DNA of 64,000 nucleotides from Candidatus Microgenomates bacterium (GCA_016182045.1 JACOYE010000007.1:98121-162120), one strand, 5' to 3'. Counted from the stretch's first letter, positions 8,485-17,988 are shown. Notes: generated by a model not told the origin, from the letters alone. Program-made: numbers and translations.

Positions 8485-9396
8485 ATGGTTAGTTTGAGAA
8501 AATTGGCTTCTTATCAAAAACATGTCTTCTTTTCTGCTCTTCTTATCATGGGTATCATTTTAGGTAGTTTTTTAGATGGTAGATTAACAGCAGTTAAAGC
8601 AAATCCTGAATCTAAAACTTTTGAAATTAAGCTTAGACAATTTGTGAAGGAGCGAACTAATCAACAAGTCAGTCATATATCAATCTATTTCCTTGATCTG
8701 AATAATAACTTTGATGCTGGAGTCAATGAGAAGTTTGAATATGACATTGCCAGTTTAGTTAAACTACCTACAATGATGGCTTTATTTAAAAAAGCCCAGT
8801 CAGATCCTCAATTTCTCAGTAAGACCATAATTTATTATAGAAAGTCCTCAGATAATTTAAGACAAAATATGGCACCAGCAAAAGAATTAGAAAATGAGAC
8901 AGTCCTAACCGTGGGGGAGTTAATTGACAGGATGATCGTTTTTTCAGATAACCAAGCTTACAATCTGCTTTTGGCAAATATTGATGACGATATTGTTAGA
9001 AAGGCATTCAAAGATTTAGGGATTGATTTGCCTGATCAGGAAAACGCACAAATGTATATGTCAGCAGAAAAATATGCCACAGCTTTTTTAAAAGTCTTAT
9101 TTAACGGGTCATATTTAAATAAAGAGATGTCTGAAAAAGCTTTAGGACTATTAATGCGGACTAACTTCAAAGATGGCCTAACGCCAGGCTTACCTACCTC
9201 AATTAAAGTAGCTCATAAATTTGGAGAGCGCTCTTGGGATAAAATTTCCACCAAACAGTTACATGATTGCGGGATCATTTATTACCCAAATCATCCTTAC
9301 TTACTTTGTGTAATGACCAGAGGAAATAGTTTTGAGGCTCAAAGTCAGATTATCAAAGATCTTTCCGAGATAGTTTATAACTTGATAAAAACTTAA
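8485..9396 (+). CDS. Class A beta-lactamase-like serine hydrolase (Beta-lactamase2), membrane-anchored
   Basis: ASLVK (SxxK), SDN, HKFG and HDCGII motifs, N-terminal TM. Confidence 0.85.
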   Translation: MVSLRKLASYQKHVFFSALLIMGIILGSFLDGRLTAVKANPESKTFEIKLRQFVKERTNQQVSHISIYFLDLNNNFDAGVNEKFEYDIASLVKLPTMMALFKKAQSDPQFLSKTIIYYRKSSDNLRQNMAPAKELENETVLTVGELIDRMIVFSDNQAYNLLLANIDDDIVRKAFKDLGIDLPDQENAQMYMSAEKYATAFLKVLFNGSYLNKEMSEKALGLLMRTNFKDGLTPGLPTSIKVAHKFGERSWDKISTKQLHDCGIIYYPNHPYLLCVMTRGNSFEAQSQIIKDLSEIVYNLIKT

Positions 9397-11329
9397 TAGT
9401 ATTCTCCCGCTCTTTTAAAGCCAATTTAGCTCCTGCCTCAATTTTTCCTAATAGACGATCAGCCAGTGTATAATCTGAGACAACTGAACATTGCTTTAAA
9501 GATTTTTTAGCTAGCTTCGTATTTTTAAGTATTCGATGACTGACTTTTACTATGATCTTATACCAAAAAATCTGCTGTAATTTAGGAATTATGGAAGATA
9601 CAGAGACAGCAGTTCTGATTGGGTATTCTTTTAAAAGGAGTGCTCCTACTGCGTTAATATGACCCATCCTTAAGTCTTTTTCCCAATCATGAGCGTCATC
9701 ATTTAGTTGTCTGGCTATTAAATAATGTTTGAAAAATTCAAATAAGCTTTTGACCTCTTTAGACTTTGCTGAGAAACCTAAGGCGAAAAGGGTGGCTATG
9801 GGTGTTAAACTGTGACCTAAGGAGCGCTCCTCCAATTTTTCCAAATTACCGTAATCGGGAATTTTAAAATCTTTTAAATTAATTTTCCCTCCTGAAATTT
9901 TTACTCGGCAATGGCTTACCTCCCAAGTATTAGCATTTTCCAATTTGTCCATCACTTTCTTAAAAAACTGATTAAACTTTGTATCGGGCAAAAGATTGGT
10001 CAGGATAGTAATCAGTTCCCGCAAAGCCAAATTGGCAACTGACAACTTTTCCACAGTTCCCTCGTCGTCTAAAAAATTATCATAAATAGTGTAAGAGAGC
10101 CAGCCATACAGATTAGCCATGCCCAGCTGAATAATCAGCTCATCTGAAACCTTTTCTTCGTCAACTTTCATAGCCAGCTTAAAATAGTAAGGTAGTAAGA
10201 CCACCTGTTTTTTATTTTCTTTATTAAGAGTATTCTCCAAGCTATCTAGAGCTTGATTTTGCAAATCTTTATCCAAACTTACAAGTCTTAATCTGATCCG
10301 CTCCATAATTGCACCATAAATTGAATCCTCTTTGTTAAGGATGTTTCTCTTTACAGGGAAATGTTGCTTTAAAAAATCATCAAGATATTTTTGCAGTGAT
10401 TCCAGACAAAAGGCGGTGGTGAGGACAGGAGAACCTGAATAATGTTTTTTCCCTGATAAGGCAGGGTCAAGACAAAAAGCAAATGCATCCCAATCCCCAT
10501 TTAAATTTTGTTGGGAGAGCAAATAATCTATGATTGGAGTAAGTTGTTGGAAGGAAATACCCAGGTAAAGAAGTGCAGATGTGGCTAAAGCAGTATCTAA
10601 AGGATTCTCCCACCTTCCTTCCTGCTGCTTTCTGAAAAGTAGCTTTCTTAGATTGCTTGAATATCTTTTGTTTTGTCCACTGAAGCGGGCAATAAAATAA
10701 ACAAGCGGATAAATACTGGGATAATAAGGAGACTCTAGTTGTTTAATCTTCGAGGCAATAAATTTATTCAAGTTGGGTAGGGAAATATCCTGCAATGAAA
10801 GAAAGTAGGCAATGTTAGAATTGACAGCCAGATCAACATCTTTCCAAATATCATCGGCATCAGCTGGTACCAACCAAGTACGATATGGTCCCCCTGTGGC
10901 AATTTCCGTGTATGTCAGTAAATTCACCACGTCTGCCAAAACTTCCCCATCTATCAAGTTTTGATTAAATCCAAAAAATGCTGAAAGGGCACAAAAAGTG
11001 TCATCTAGATCATCCGGGTAGGGCATCAATTTTGCCTCTTTAGAACCTCTCGCCCAATAATTAAATGACCAGGTTTGACTTTTTTGACTGAGTAAAAATG
11101 ATGCGCACTTTTGCTTAATTAGCTTAATCTTATTAGTTTCTTTAAGATTGTTTAAACAGCCTAGAATTAGGCTCGTGGAAAAGACCGAATGAAATTTTAG
11201 TGTCTTATCAAAATTGTGAGGATTAGGTGATGATAAACTTAAAAAACTACCATTTTTCTGTTGTTTCTTGGCAAGATAATTAACTCCATTTTGAATGGCA
11301 TCTCTGACTTGATCTTGGAGAGTTGACAT
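9353..11329 (-). CDS. Class II terpene cyclase / class I isoprenyl-transferase (ComQ-like) fusion
   Basis: N-half has QW-type repeats (QQKNGSF, QQEGRW, QQNLNGDW) and DxDDT (DLDDT). C-half has YDNFLDDE and QLNDDAHDWEKD Asp-rich motifs. Confidence 0.75.
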   Translation of the reverse strand: MSTLQDQVRDAIQNGVNYLAKKQQKNGSFLSLSSPNPHNFDKTLKFHSVFSTSLILGCLNNLKETNKIKLIKQKCASFLLSQKSQTWSFNYWARGSKEAKLMPYPDDLDDTFCALSAFFGFNQNLIDGEVLADVVNLLTYTEIATGGPYRTWLVPADADDIWKDVDLAVNSNIAYFLSLQDISLPNLNKFIASKIKQLESPYYPSIYPLVYFIARFSGQNKRYSSNLRKLLFRKQQEGRWENPLDTALATSALLYLGISFQQLTPIIDYLLSQQNLNGDWDAFAFCLDPALSGKKHYSGSPVLTTAFCLESLQKYLDDFLKQHFPVKRNILNKEDSIYGAIMERIRLRLVSLDKDLQNQALDSLENTLNKENKKQVVLLPYYFKLAMKVDEEKVSDELIIQLGMANLYGWLSYTIYDNFLDDEGTVEKLSVANLALRELITILTNLLPDTKFNQFFKKVMDKLENANTWEVSHCRVKISGGKINLKDFKIPDYGNLEKLEERSLGHSLTPIATLFALGFSAKSKEVKSLFEFFKHYLIARQLNDDAHDWEKDLRMGHINAVGALLLKEYPIRTAVSVSSIIPKLQQIFWYKIIVKVSHRILKNTKLAKKSLKQCSVVSDYTLADRLLGKIEAGAKLALKERENTIKFLSSYKLSRKDL

Positions 11330-11333
11330 CTTT

Positions 11334-12752
11334 TTAAGCTTTGGCAGATTTGCTGAGGGGAAATTCCACAGTAAAGGTGGTCCCCTGCCCTACTTTAGTG
11401 TCCACTGAATACTTTCCTTGAAAATCTTTTTCAATGATGTCTTTGCAAATAGATAGTCCAATCCCAGTACCTTTGTCCAAACCTTTGGTGGTAAAAAGAG
11501 GGTCAAATATTTTTGATAAGATTTTTTTATCAATTCCACTGCCCCAATCTTGAATCTCCAGTTTGGCCATACCATTGACTTGACTTAATCTAATCTCCAC
11601 TACCCTCTGCTTTTTTCTTATTCCATCATAAGCATCTATGGCATTGGACACCAAATTGGTGATCAATTGGTTAAATTTAAGAGGGTTAGCAAAAGTTTCA
11701 ATATCACCTTCAGGCTGAAAAACTATCCTGACATGATTTGCTCTGGCTCTGGACCCCAGCATCTGAATAGCCTGAACAATTTCCTCTTTAAGTGAAAACT
11801 TTTGTGAGATAACCTGATCTTGAATCTGCTTTTTGGCACCCTGAATAAAACTTTCCAAACGCTTGGTACCAATGATTGCCCGCTCTAAGGCAAGCTGAGC
11901 ATCAACTAATTTTGGCTGTTTCGTTTGTCTGGTTTGTCTGGTCAGCTTGTTTAAATTTAAGGAGATTAGTGTCAACGGGTTAACTAAATCATGGAACAAA
12001 CCGGAAGCAGAACGTCCAAATTCTGCAAAACGATAGAGTTGGGATATTTTCTCTACCTGAGTCTGTCTTAACTCGTGAGTTCGCTTCTCCACCATAATCT
12101 CCAACTGATCTCTTTGTCTTCTTAAAGCTGCTTCAGATCTCCAAGCCCGTTTGAGTGCTTTTTCGATTTCACGATTTGACAGATAAGAAACGATGGCAAT
12201 AACTCCCAGAGTAATAACATAAACAATTGCATCAGTTATTAAAACAGGTTTAATTTTCCAATCATTATTAGGTTGATATAAATTATTAATTTGTAAATAG
12301 GAAAAAAGCAGTATGCTTAATCCGCTCAAAACAGTTATTATTAGGGCAGATTTGGTACTAATCAAGATTCCAGCCATTACTATAAGTAGTGCGAAAAGCA
12401 ACAATCCTTGACTGAGATCGGGTCCAAAGCGATAATTAACGTATACACCTACCAGATAAAGCAATGCGATAAAAAGGATGGCTGAAATATTACTTTTCCT
12501 AAAACGTGACATTAACAGCAGCAGGCATAAAAAGGTTAGGATCGTACCGGTAATTAAAGGGTTTTCGCTGGTAGATGACCCAGGATAGAGAATAGGATCA
12601 ATCAGATTAATAAAAAATGCCACTCCTGCCAGAATGATTGATCCTAAGAGTAAGATATTTAATATAAACTCTCTTCTAGATTTATCTTTATTAGCAGATT
12701 TGGGTAGTATTAAATAACTCCAAAGAGTTTTCAAAACTCCACGAAATTTCAT
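11334..12752 (-). CDS. Multi-TM sensor histidine kinase
   Basis: About 6 TM helices, coiled coil, HDLVNP H-box, NLVSNA N-box, DWGSG and GTGIGL G-boxes. Confidence 0.95.
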   Translation of the reverse strand: MKFRGVLKTLWSYLILPKSANKDKSRREFILNILLLGSIILAGVAFFINLIDPILYPGSSTSENPLITGTILTFLCLLLLMSRFRKSNISAILFIALLYLVGVYVNYRFGPDLSQGLLLFALLIVMAGILISTKSALIITVLSGLSILLFSYLQINNLYQPNNDWKIKPVLITDAIVYVITLGVIAIVSYLSNREIEKALKRAWRSEAALRRQRDQLEIMVEKRTHELRQTQVEKISQLYRFAEFGRSASGLFHDLVNPLTLISLNLNKLTRQTRQTKQPKLVDAQLALERAIIGTKRLESFIQGAKKQIQDQVISQKFSLKEEIVQAIQMLGSRARANHVRIVFQPEGDIETFANPLKFNQLITNLVSNAIDAYDGIRKKQRVVEIRLSQVNGMAKLEIQDWGSGIDKKILSKIFDPLFTTKGLDKGTGIGLSICKDIIEKDFQGKYSVDTKVGQGTTFTVEFPLSKSAKA

Positions 12753-12787
12753 ATACTGATTGCCTAGTATAAATTATTCTCTTAAAT

Positions 12788-12901
12788 TTATACACCACCC
12801 CAAGCCATCATTGAAGATGTATTGCTTAAAACTAAGCTAGTTAATTTTGACTTATTTCTGACAGTTTTATCTGTCAAGAGTTTTCTAAGCGCCACTTTCA
12901 T
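12788..12901 (-). CDS. Putative peptide pheromone/RiPP precursor (ComX-like), 37 aa
   Basis: MKVALRKLLTDKTVRNKSKLTSLVLSNTSSMMAWGGV*. SD AAGGAGGTG lies 6 nt before the ATG. Single Trp, 4th from the C-terminus. Below the ORF-track size cutoff. Confidence 0.75.
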   Translation of the reverse strand: MKVALRKLLTDKTVRNKSKLTSLVLSNTSSMMAWGGV

Positions 12902-12987
12902 CTATCTCACCTCCTTTCTTAAGCTTCTAGTTTTAGAGTACAAAGCACTATTGAAACAACGATTTCAATAGTTGGCGTAGTACTCGC

Positions 12988-13012
12988 AAGCTTGAGGCTA
13001 CGCCTCAAGCTT
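12988..13012. terminator. Perfect hairpin over the response-regulator stop codon
   Basis: AAGCTTGAGGC-TAC-GCCTCAAGCTT. A second hairpin CTATTGAAA-N6-TTTCAATAG lies at 12948-12971. Confidence 0.45.
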
Positions 13013-13663
13013 ATAACCTAAACCATGAACTGTTTTAATAAGTTTTTTGTTAAATTCACGATCAACATGATCCCTTAAGTATTTAATATGCACATCAACA
13101 GTATTAGTCAGTGGCTCCTCAGTACTATCCCAAACATGCTCCAGTATCATTTCTCTAGAGATCACCCTGCCTACATTTCTAGCCAGATACTCTAACAAAT
13201 AAAGTTCTTTGCGCCTTAGATGAATGACCTTTTGTCCGCGCCTTACCACCCCTTTATCAAGATCAATTGTCAAATCACCCACATTAATTAAATTAGACTG
13301 GATCGGATGAGGACGTCTCAACAAGGCTTTGATTCTGGCTAACAGTTCATCAAAATTAAATGGCTTAGTTAAGTAATCATCAATACCTACATTTAAAGCT
13401 TTAACCTTTTCTGCTACTTCATCTTTACCGGTCAACATTAATATGGGAGTTTTAATATTATTTTCTCTTAACTTTTGACAGATTTCCAAACCACTAATAT
13501 CAGGCAACAGGTAATCTAAAATAATCAGATCATAATCGTTGACTTGCGCTAAAAATTCACCTTCCTCACCAGTTTGTGCTGTTTCAATGATAAAATAGGC
13601 TGTTAACTGATCTTTGAGTGTGTCAACAATCTCCTGATCATCATCCACCACTAATATTTTCAT
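12998..13663 (-). CDS. OmpR/PhoB-family response regulator
   Basis: VVDDD, ILD, MLT and KPF receiver motifs. wHTH NTVDVHIKYLR...TVHGLGYKL. Confidence 0.96.
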   Translation of the reverse strand: MKILVVDDDQEIVDTLKDQLTAYFIIETAQTGEEGEFLAQVNDYDLIILDYLLPDISGLEICQKLRENNIKTPILMLTGKDEVAEKVKALNVGIDDYLTKPFNFDELLARIKALLRRPHPIQSNLINVGDLTIDLDKGVVRRGQKVIHLRRKELYLLEYLARNVGRVISREMILEHVWDSTEEPLTNTVDVHIKYLRDHVDREFNKKLIKTVHGLGYKLEA

Positions 13664-13675
13664 AGCGTAATGATA

Positions 13676-13713
13676 TTAAATTATTATTAAAAAAACATTA
13701 AAAAAGTCTTAAA
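13676..13713 (-). promoter_or_regulatory. Four 11-bp-spaced direct repeats upstream of the response regulator (putative autoregulatory boxes)
   Basis: TTAAA at 13676, 13687, 13698 and 13709 (TTTAA[T/G] on the coding strand). Confidence 0.55.
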
Positions 13714-13752
13714 CTATTATTTGGGGTGGGTCATGATATAAAATTGCAATTA

Positions 13753-14844
13753 CTATTCCAGATAATCCCTCAATTTCTTAGCCCTAGTTGGATGTTTTAA
13801 TTTTCTGATGGCTTTGGCCTCAATCTGTCTGATTCTTTCCCTGGTTACTCCAAATTCTCTTCCCACCTCTTCCAAAGTTCTTTGTTTACCATCCTCTAAC
13901 CCAAAGCGAAGCTGCAACACCCTTTTTTCTCTGGGAGAGAGTGAATCCAATACCTCATCCAGGTGAATTTTTAAAAGTTCTCTGGTGGCTTGCTCGTCCG
14001 GCTGCAACCCCTGATCAGCAATAAAATCTCCCAGGTGGGAATCTTCCTCATCACCAACAGGTGTTTCCAAAGAGGTTGGTTCTTGTGAAACTTTGATAAT
14101 CTCTCGGGCCTTAATCTCATCTATCCCCAGCTCTTTGGCCACTTCCTCAGGGGTTGGCTCTCTACCCAACTCCTGCATTAACCTTCTTTGAGTCCTGTTA
14201 AAGCGGTTTATGGTTTCCACCATATGAACAGGAATCCTGATGGTTCTGGCTTGATCGGCAATGGCCCGGGTGATGGCCTGTCTAATCCACCAGGTGGCGT
14301 AGGTGGAGAATTTATAACCTCTTCTCCAATCATACTTGTCAACTGCTCTCATCAGTCCAATGTTTCCCTCTTCAATTAAATCCAAAAGGCTCATGCCTCT
14401 GCCCACATATTTTTTGGCAATTGATACCACCAACCTTAAATTGGCAGAAGTCAACTTATCCCTGGCAATCTTAACTCCTTTTTCTGCTTTTTTGGCCAGC
14501 TCTATCTCATCTTGGGCTGTCAAAAGAGGAATTTTGCCAATATCTCTTAAGTATTGTCTAACCGGATCGGTTACTGATCCTTCCTCCAAAGTGGTCAAAA
14601 GTTCCAGCTCTTTTTCTAACTCTGTGGCTGATTTGGAATCTGCTTCCAACTCTTCTGCCGTGGTCTCAAAAACATCTATACCTGTCTCAATCAACTTAAT
14701 ATAAAATAGATCAAGCTCCTCAATGGTTTCCTCTGGCTTGGGAAAAACCTGCAAGATCTCTTCTTGGGTGACAAAACCTCGATTCTTTCCCAGTTTGAGA
14801 AGTTTTTTAACATCCAGTTGTACTTCCTTCTTTTGTTTAGCCAT
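13753..14844 (-). CDS. rpoD: Primary sigma factor
   Basis: [45 protein letters not shown]. Confidence 0.97.
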   Translation of the reverse strand: MAKQKKEVQLDVKKLLKLGKNRGFVTQEEILQVFPKPEETIEELDLFYIKLIETGIDVFETTAEELEADSKSATELEKELELLTTLEEGSVTDPVRQYLRDIGKIPLLTAQDEIELAKKAEKGVKIARDKLTSANLRLVVSIAKKYVGRGMSLLDLIEEGNIGLMRAVDKYDWRRGYKFSTYATWWIRQAITRAIADQARTIRIPVHMVETINRFNRTQRRLMQELGREPTPEEVAKELGIDEIKAREIIKVSQEPTSLETPVGDEEDSHLGDFIADQGLQPDEQATRELLKIHLDEVLDSLSPREKRVLQLRFGLEDGKQRTLEEVGREFGVTRERIRQIEAKAIRKLKHPTRAKKLRDYLE

Positions 14845-14881
14845 ATGATTAAGAGTCTAGTCGCTAGAATCTAGACACCAC

Positions 14882-16660
14882 TTATAGATTCTTCAATTTA
14901 ACAGATAGATCCCTAAACCTCCTGTTTAAGATCTCTATCACCTCCATCTTACCAAACTCTTGGGCATTCTTAATTTCATACGATAATTTTTCCAAAGAAG
15001 CCTTAATTAAGGCTTTCTTAAGCTCGGATACCACTCCATTGACCTCTTTCTGCCAATGAGTAGGATCAGAAAGTTTACTATCAATCTCAGTTAAATATAA
15101 CCTATCAACTTCTCCCACCATCTCCTCAGGTAATGTGGAGACAAACTCATTGATACCAAAGGCTTTACTCTTAAAAGAAATTGAGTCCAGGTACAAAACC
15201 AAAAGCACAAATAGATGCCTAAACAACTCTTTTAAGAATAAAGTCTCAGGAAAGGAAGGTACAAAATTGGCCTCAGGTGGGATATGCAGTAGCAACGCCA
15301 TTAAATATTCTTCCAAAAGCTCACGTCTGGTTTTGGTATTAACCACATTATCCTGGGTACTGGTTGGTTTAAAAACTTTGATAAAACTCGATTGAGATTT
15401 TCTTACCCTGTCCACTGCCTCTCTAATCACCTTATCATCTGTTTTGATAAAAGCGGACAACTTTTGAATATAACGCTCTCTCACCAAATCATCGCTAATT
15501 TTTCCCCAAAGAGGAATTAACTCCTCACCAATCTTTTTCAAATCAGCCGCACTTTTAAGATCAAATCTGTTAGAGATGGAGGTTAAATAATAATCGTAGA
15601 TGGGAGTAGCTTCAGTGATGGCTTTTTGCCAAATCTTTGGATCTTCTAAAACTGCTTCTGCAGCATCCTTACCTGCCTCAATTTGGATGACTTTGATATT
15701 TAAACCAGCTTTGTCTGCCAATTCAATCCCTCTTCTTGCAGCTGAATCACCTGCCAAATCCATATCAAAACAAAGGCTGACAGTATCAGTCAGTCTTTTA
15801 ATCAGTTCTATTTGACCTTCGGTTAAAGCAGTGCCTTTTGAGGCCACCACATTCCTGACACCTGACTGAAAAGAAAGTATAGCATCCATCTCTCCCTCCA
15901 CTAAAATGGCCTCTTTTTTGCTTCTGATTTCAGACTTTGAAAGATTAATACCAAAAAGAAAACTGCCTTTATCAAAAATTGGTGTTTGGGGAGTATTGAT
16001 ATATTTGGGTTCGGCAGGAAAAAGGATCCTGCCGGAAAAGCCTCTCAGTTTATCTTTACCATCAATAAGAGGAAAAGTGATCCTGCCTCTGAAACGGTCA
16101 TAAATAGAAGATTTTGAAGGCACTCCCAAACCAGAGGTGATGATTTCCTGATAAGTAAAACCTCTTTTTAATAAAAACTTGGTCAAAGACTCCCAGGAGT
16201 TGGGGGCATAGCCAATGCCAAATTGTTCAATGGAAGAACCACTCACTCCTCTGCTATTTAAATATTTCAAAGCTTTCTTGCCTAAGGTATGCTTTAGCAA
16301 AATATAGTGGAAGAATTCCTGAGCCTTTAAGTTAACCTCAAACAGTCTGTCGCGAAAATCTTTCCTCTCAGCTGATCTTTTTAAAACAACACCGGCTCTT
16401 TTGGCCAAAGCCTCAAGCGCCTCTTTAAACTCCATCCCTTCTTTTTCCATTAGAAAAGTAAAGTGATCTCCGCCCTTTTGGCAACCAAAGCAATGCCAAA
16501 TTTGTCGCTCAGGAGAAACTACAAAAGAGGGGGTTTTCTCGCTATGAAATGGGCAAAGAGCCTTAAAATTTATACCTGCTTTTTTTAAAGGGAGATATTC
16601 TTGTATTAAATCAACAATGTTGATCTTTTGCTTAATCAGTTCTGTTTCGTCCATAGCCAT
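14882..16660 (-). CDS. dnaG: DNA primase
   Basis: CPFHSEKTPSF Zn finger, KYINTP, VEGEMD and FDMDLAG Toprim motifs. Confidence 0.97.
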   Translation of the reverse strand: MAMDETELIKQKINIVDLIQEYLPLKKAGINFKALCPFHSEKTPSFVVSPERQIWHCFGCQKGGDHFTFLMEKEGMEFKEALEALAKRAGVVLKRSAERKDFRDRLFEVNLKAQEFFHYILLKHTLGKKALKYLNSRGVSGSSIEQFGIGYAPNSWESLTKFLLKRGFTYQEIITSGLGVPSKSSIYDRFRGRITFPLIDGKDKLRGFSGRILFPAEPKYINTPQTPIFDKGSFLFGINLSKSEIRSKKEAILVEGEMDAILSFQSGVRNVVASKGTALTEGQIELIKRLTDTVSLCFDMDLAGDSAARRGIELADKAGLNIKVIQIEAGKDAAEAVLEDPKIWQKAITEATPIYDYYLTSISNRFDLKSAADLKKIGEELIPLWGKISDDLVRERYIQKLSAFIKTDDKVIREAVDRVRKSQSSFIKVFKPTSTQDNVVNTKTRRELLEEYLMALLLHIPPEANFVPSFPETLFLKELFRHLFVLLVLYLDSISFKSKAFGINEFVSTLPEEMVGEVDRLYLTEIDSKLSDPTHWQKEVNGVVSELKKALIKASLEKLSYEIKNAQEFGKMEVIEILNRRFRDLSVKLKNL

Positions 16661-16678
16661 AACAGTTATCTGGTCGCC

Positions 16679-16703
16679 CCACGTTCAGTTTACATGAACG
16701 TGG
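16679..16703. repeat. Palindromic element (second copy at 44201-44225)
   Basis: CCACGTTCA-GTTTACA-TGAACGTGG. Confidence 0.7.
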
Positions 16704-16766
16704 AAGCCACTGGAAACTGTTGGGCAAATTATACTCCAAAGAAAGTACGGAAACAAGGGTTGGAGG

Positions 16767-16853
16767 CGGTGGGAGTGGGATTCGAACCCACGATACCTTA
16801 CGGTATACGAGCTTTCCAAGCCCGCGCACTAGGCCAGACTATGCGATCCCACC
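16767..16853 (-). tRNA. tRNA-Ser(GGA)
   Basis: Anticodon arm CGGGC-TTGGAAA-GCTCG, long variable arm, TTCGAATC. Confidence 0.95.
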
Positions 16854-16950
16854 AGGCTTTTGCAATTATAACCTAAGGTTGTATTCTCATTCCATCGTAA
16901 GCAGGTTGAGCTTTGGGGCAGATTTTTTTGCATCTTAAGGAGCAGGAAGA

Positions 16951-17352
16951 CTATTTTAACATCTCGCGAGCTTTTTTTAAAAGGACTTTGTCCTGAGAAA
17001 AAGTTAATTGTTTTAAAGCATCCTTTACTTCATACCAGCCAGCTTCTTCAACCTCCCAATCATGCAGAGAGGGATCACCTGAAACATATTTCATTAAAAA
17101 ATAAGTAACCACCTTAAAGATTTTCTCTCCATTTAGGATATATACATATTTGGAATAACCAACCTTATCCAAAATTTCAGCTTCCACTCCACCTTCTTCC
17201 CTTACCTCACGAACAGCAGCTTGTTGAGATGTCTGTCCTGGATCAATCAAACCCTTAGGAAAACTCCAATGATGATTTTGAGAATGCTTGGTCAAAAGCA
17301 CTTGACCCTGACTATTGAAAACAATCCCTCCTGCGGAAAATTCACGTTTCAT
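16951..17352 (-). CDS. NUDIX hydrolase
   Basis: FPKG...AAVREVREEGG Nudix box. Confidence 0.92.
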   Translation of the reverse strand: MKREFSAGGIVFNSQGQVLLTKHSQNHHWSFPKGLIDPGQTSQQAAVREVREEGGVEAEILDKVGYSKYVYILNGEKIFKVVTYFLMKYVSGDPSLHDWEVEEAGWYEVKDALKQLTFSQDKVLLKKAREMLK

Positions 17353-17603
17353 CTGTAAATATCCTTTCTGTTATCCACATCATGAATTACTAAAATTTCA
17401 TCCTCAGCATCAAATGCCACTCTATAATCTCCTATTCTAAATCTGTATTGCCCTAAATCACTACGGGTTAATGGCTCCGCAAAATCCAAGGGGTCTTCCT
17501 GTGTACAAAAATAGTCTAATTTGGCGATAATTCGAATCTGAATTTCTTTGGGTAACTTTTTAAACCTCCTCAGAGAACTTTTAGTAAACTGGTAGTCAAA
17601 CAT
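17349..17603 (-). CDS. RelE/ParE toxin
   Basis: YRFRIGDYRV...NRKDIYR. Confidence 0.92.
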   Translation of the reverse strand: MFDYQFTKSSLRRFKKLPKEIQIRIIAKLDYFCTQEDPLDFAEPLTRSDLGQYRFRIGDYRVAFDAEDEILVIHDVDNRKDIYR

Positions 17604-17884
17604 TATGCTATTCCCAACATCTTCTTAACTTGGGCAGAAGAATATCTGACCTTATCAACTCTTGATTTTGCTATTCTTTTCAAATAGTTTTCAGAAGACA
17701 TTGCTTCCAGATCCTCTAAGAAGGATTCCCAAACGCGATTAGGCACCAATACTCCCACAGGCTTATTGTTTCTCATTACTCTGACAAATTTTCCATTTTT
17801 TTCAGCTTTTTTGAAAACTTTGGTCAAACCTGCCTGGGCTTTTTGGATGCTGGTAAAGTCTTCATTAGCAATCAATTGTGCCAT
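17603..17884 (-). CDS. Phd/YefM-like antitoxin
   Basis: VMRNNKPVGVLV motif, translationally coupled to RelE. Confidence 0.8.
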   Translation of the reverse strand: MAQLIANEDFTSIQKAQAGLTKVFKKAEKNGKFVRVMRNNKPVGVLVPNRVWESFLEDLEAMSSENYLKRIAKSRVDKVRYSSAQVKKMLGIA

Positions 17885-17988
17885 ATGTAATAATTATTAC
17901 AGAATCCTTACAGAATGTCAATGGTTAAAAACAATTCCACCAGCACTAAATTCCCGTTTCATATTTGGAGTAAATTTTATGCTAAACT

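Noticed and set aside
8485-9396. Bona fide antibiotic-resistance beta-lactamase
   Set aside because: No evident ExxLN omega loop and KFG in place of KTG, so activity cannot be inferred.
16628-16938. Three short ORFs upstream of dnaG
   Set aside because: They overlap tRNA-Ser(GGA) and are translations of tRNA sequence.
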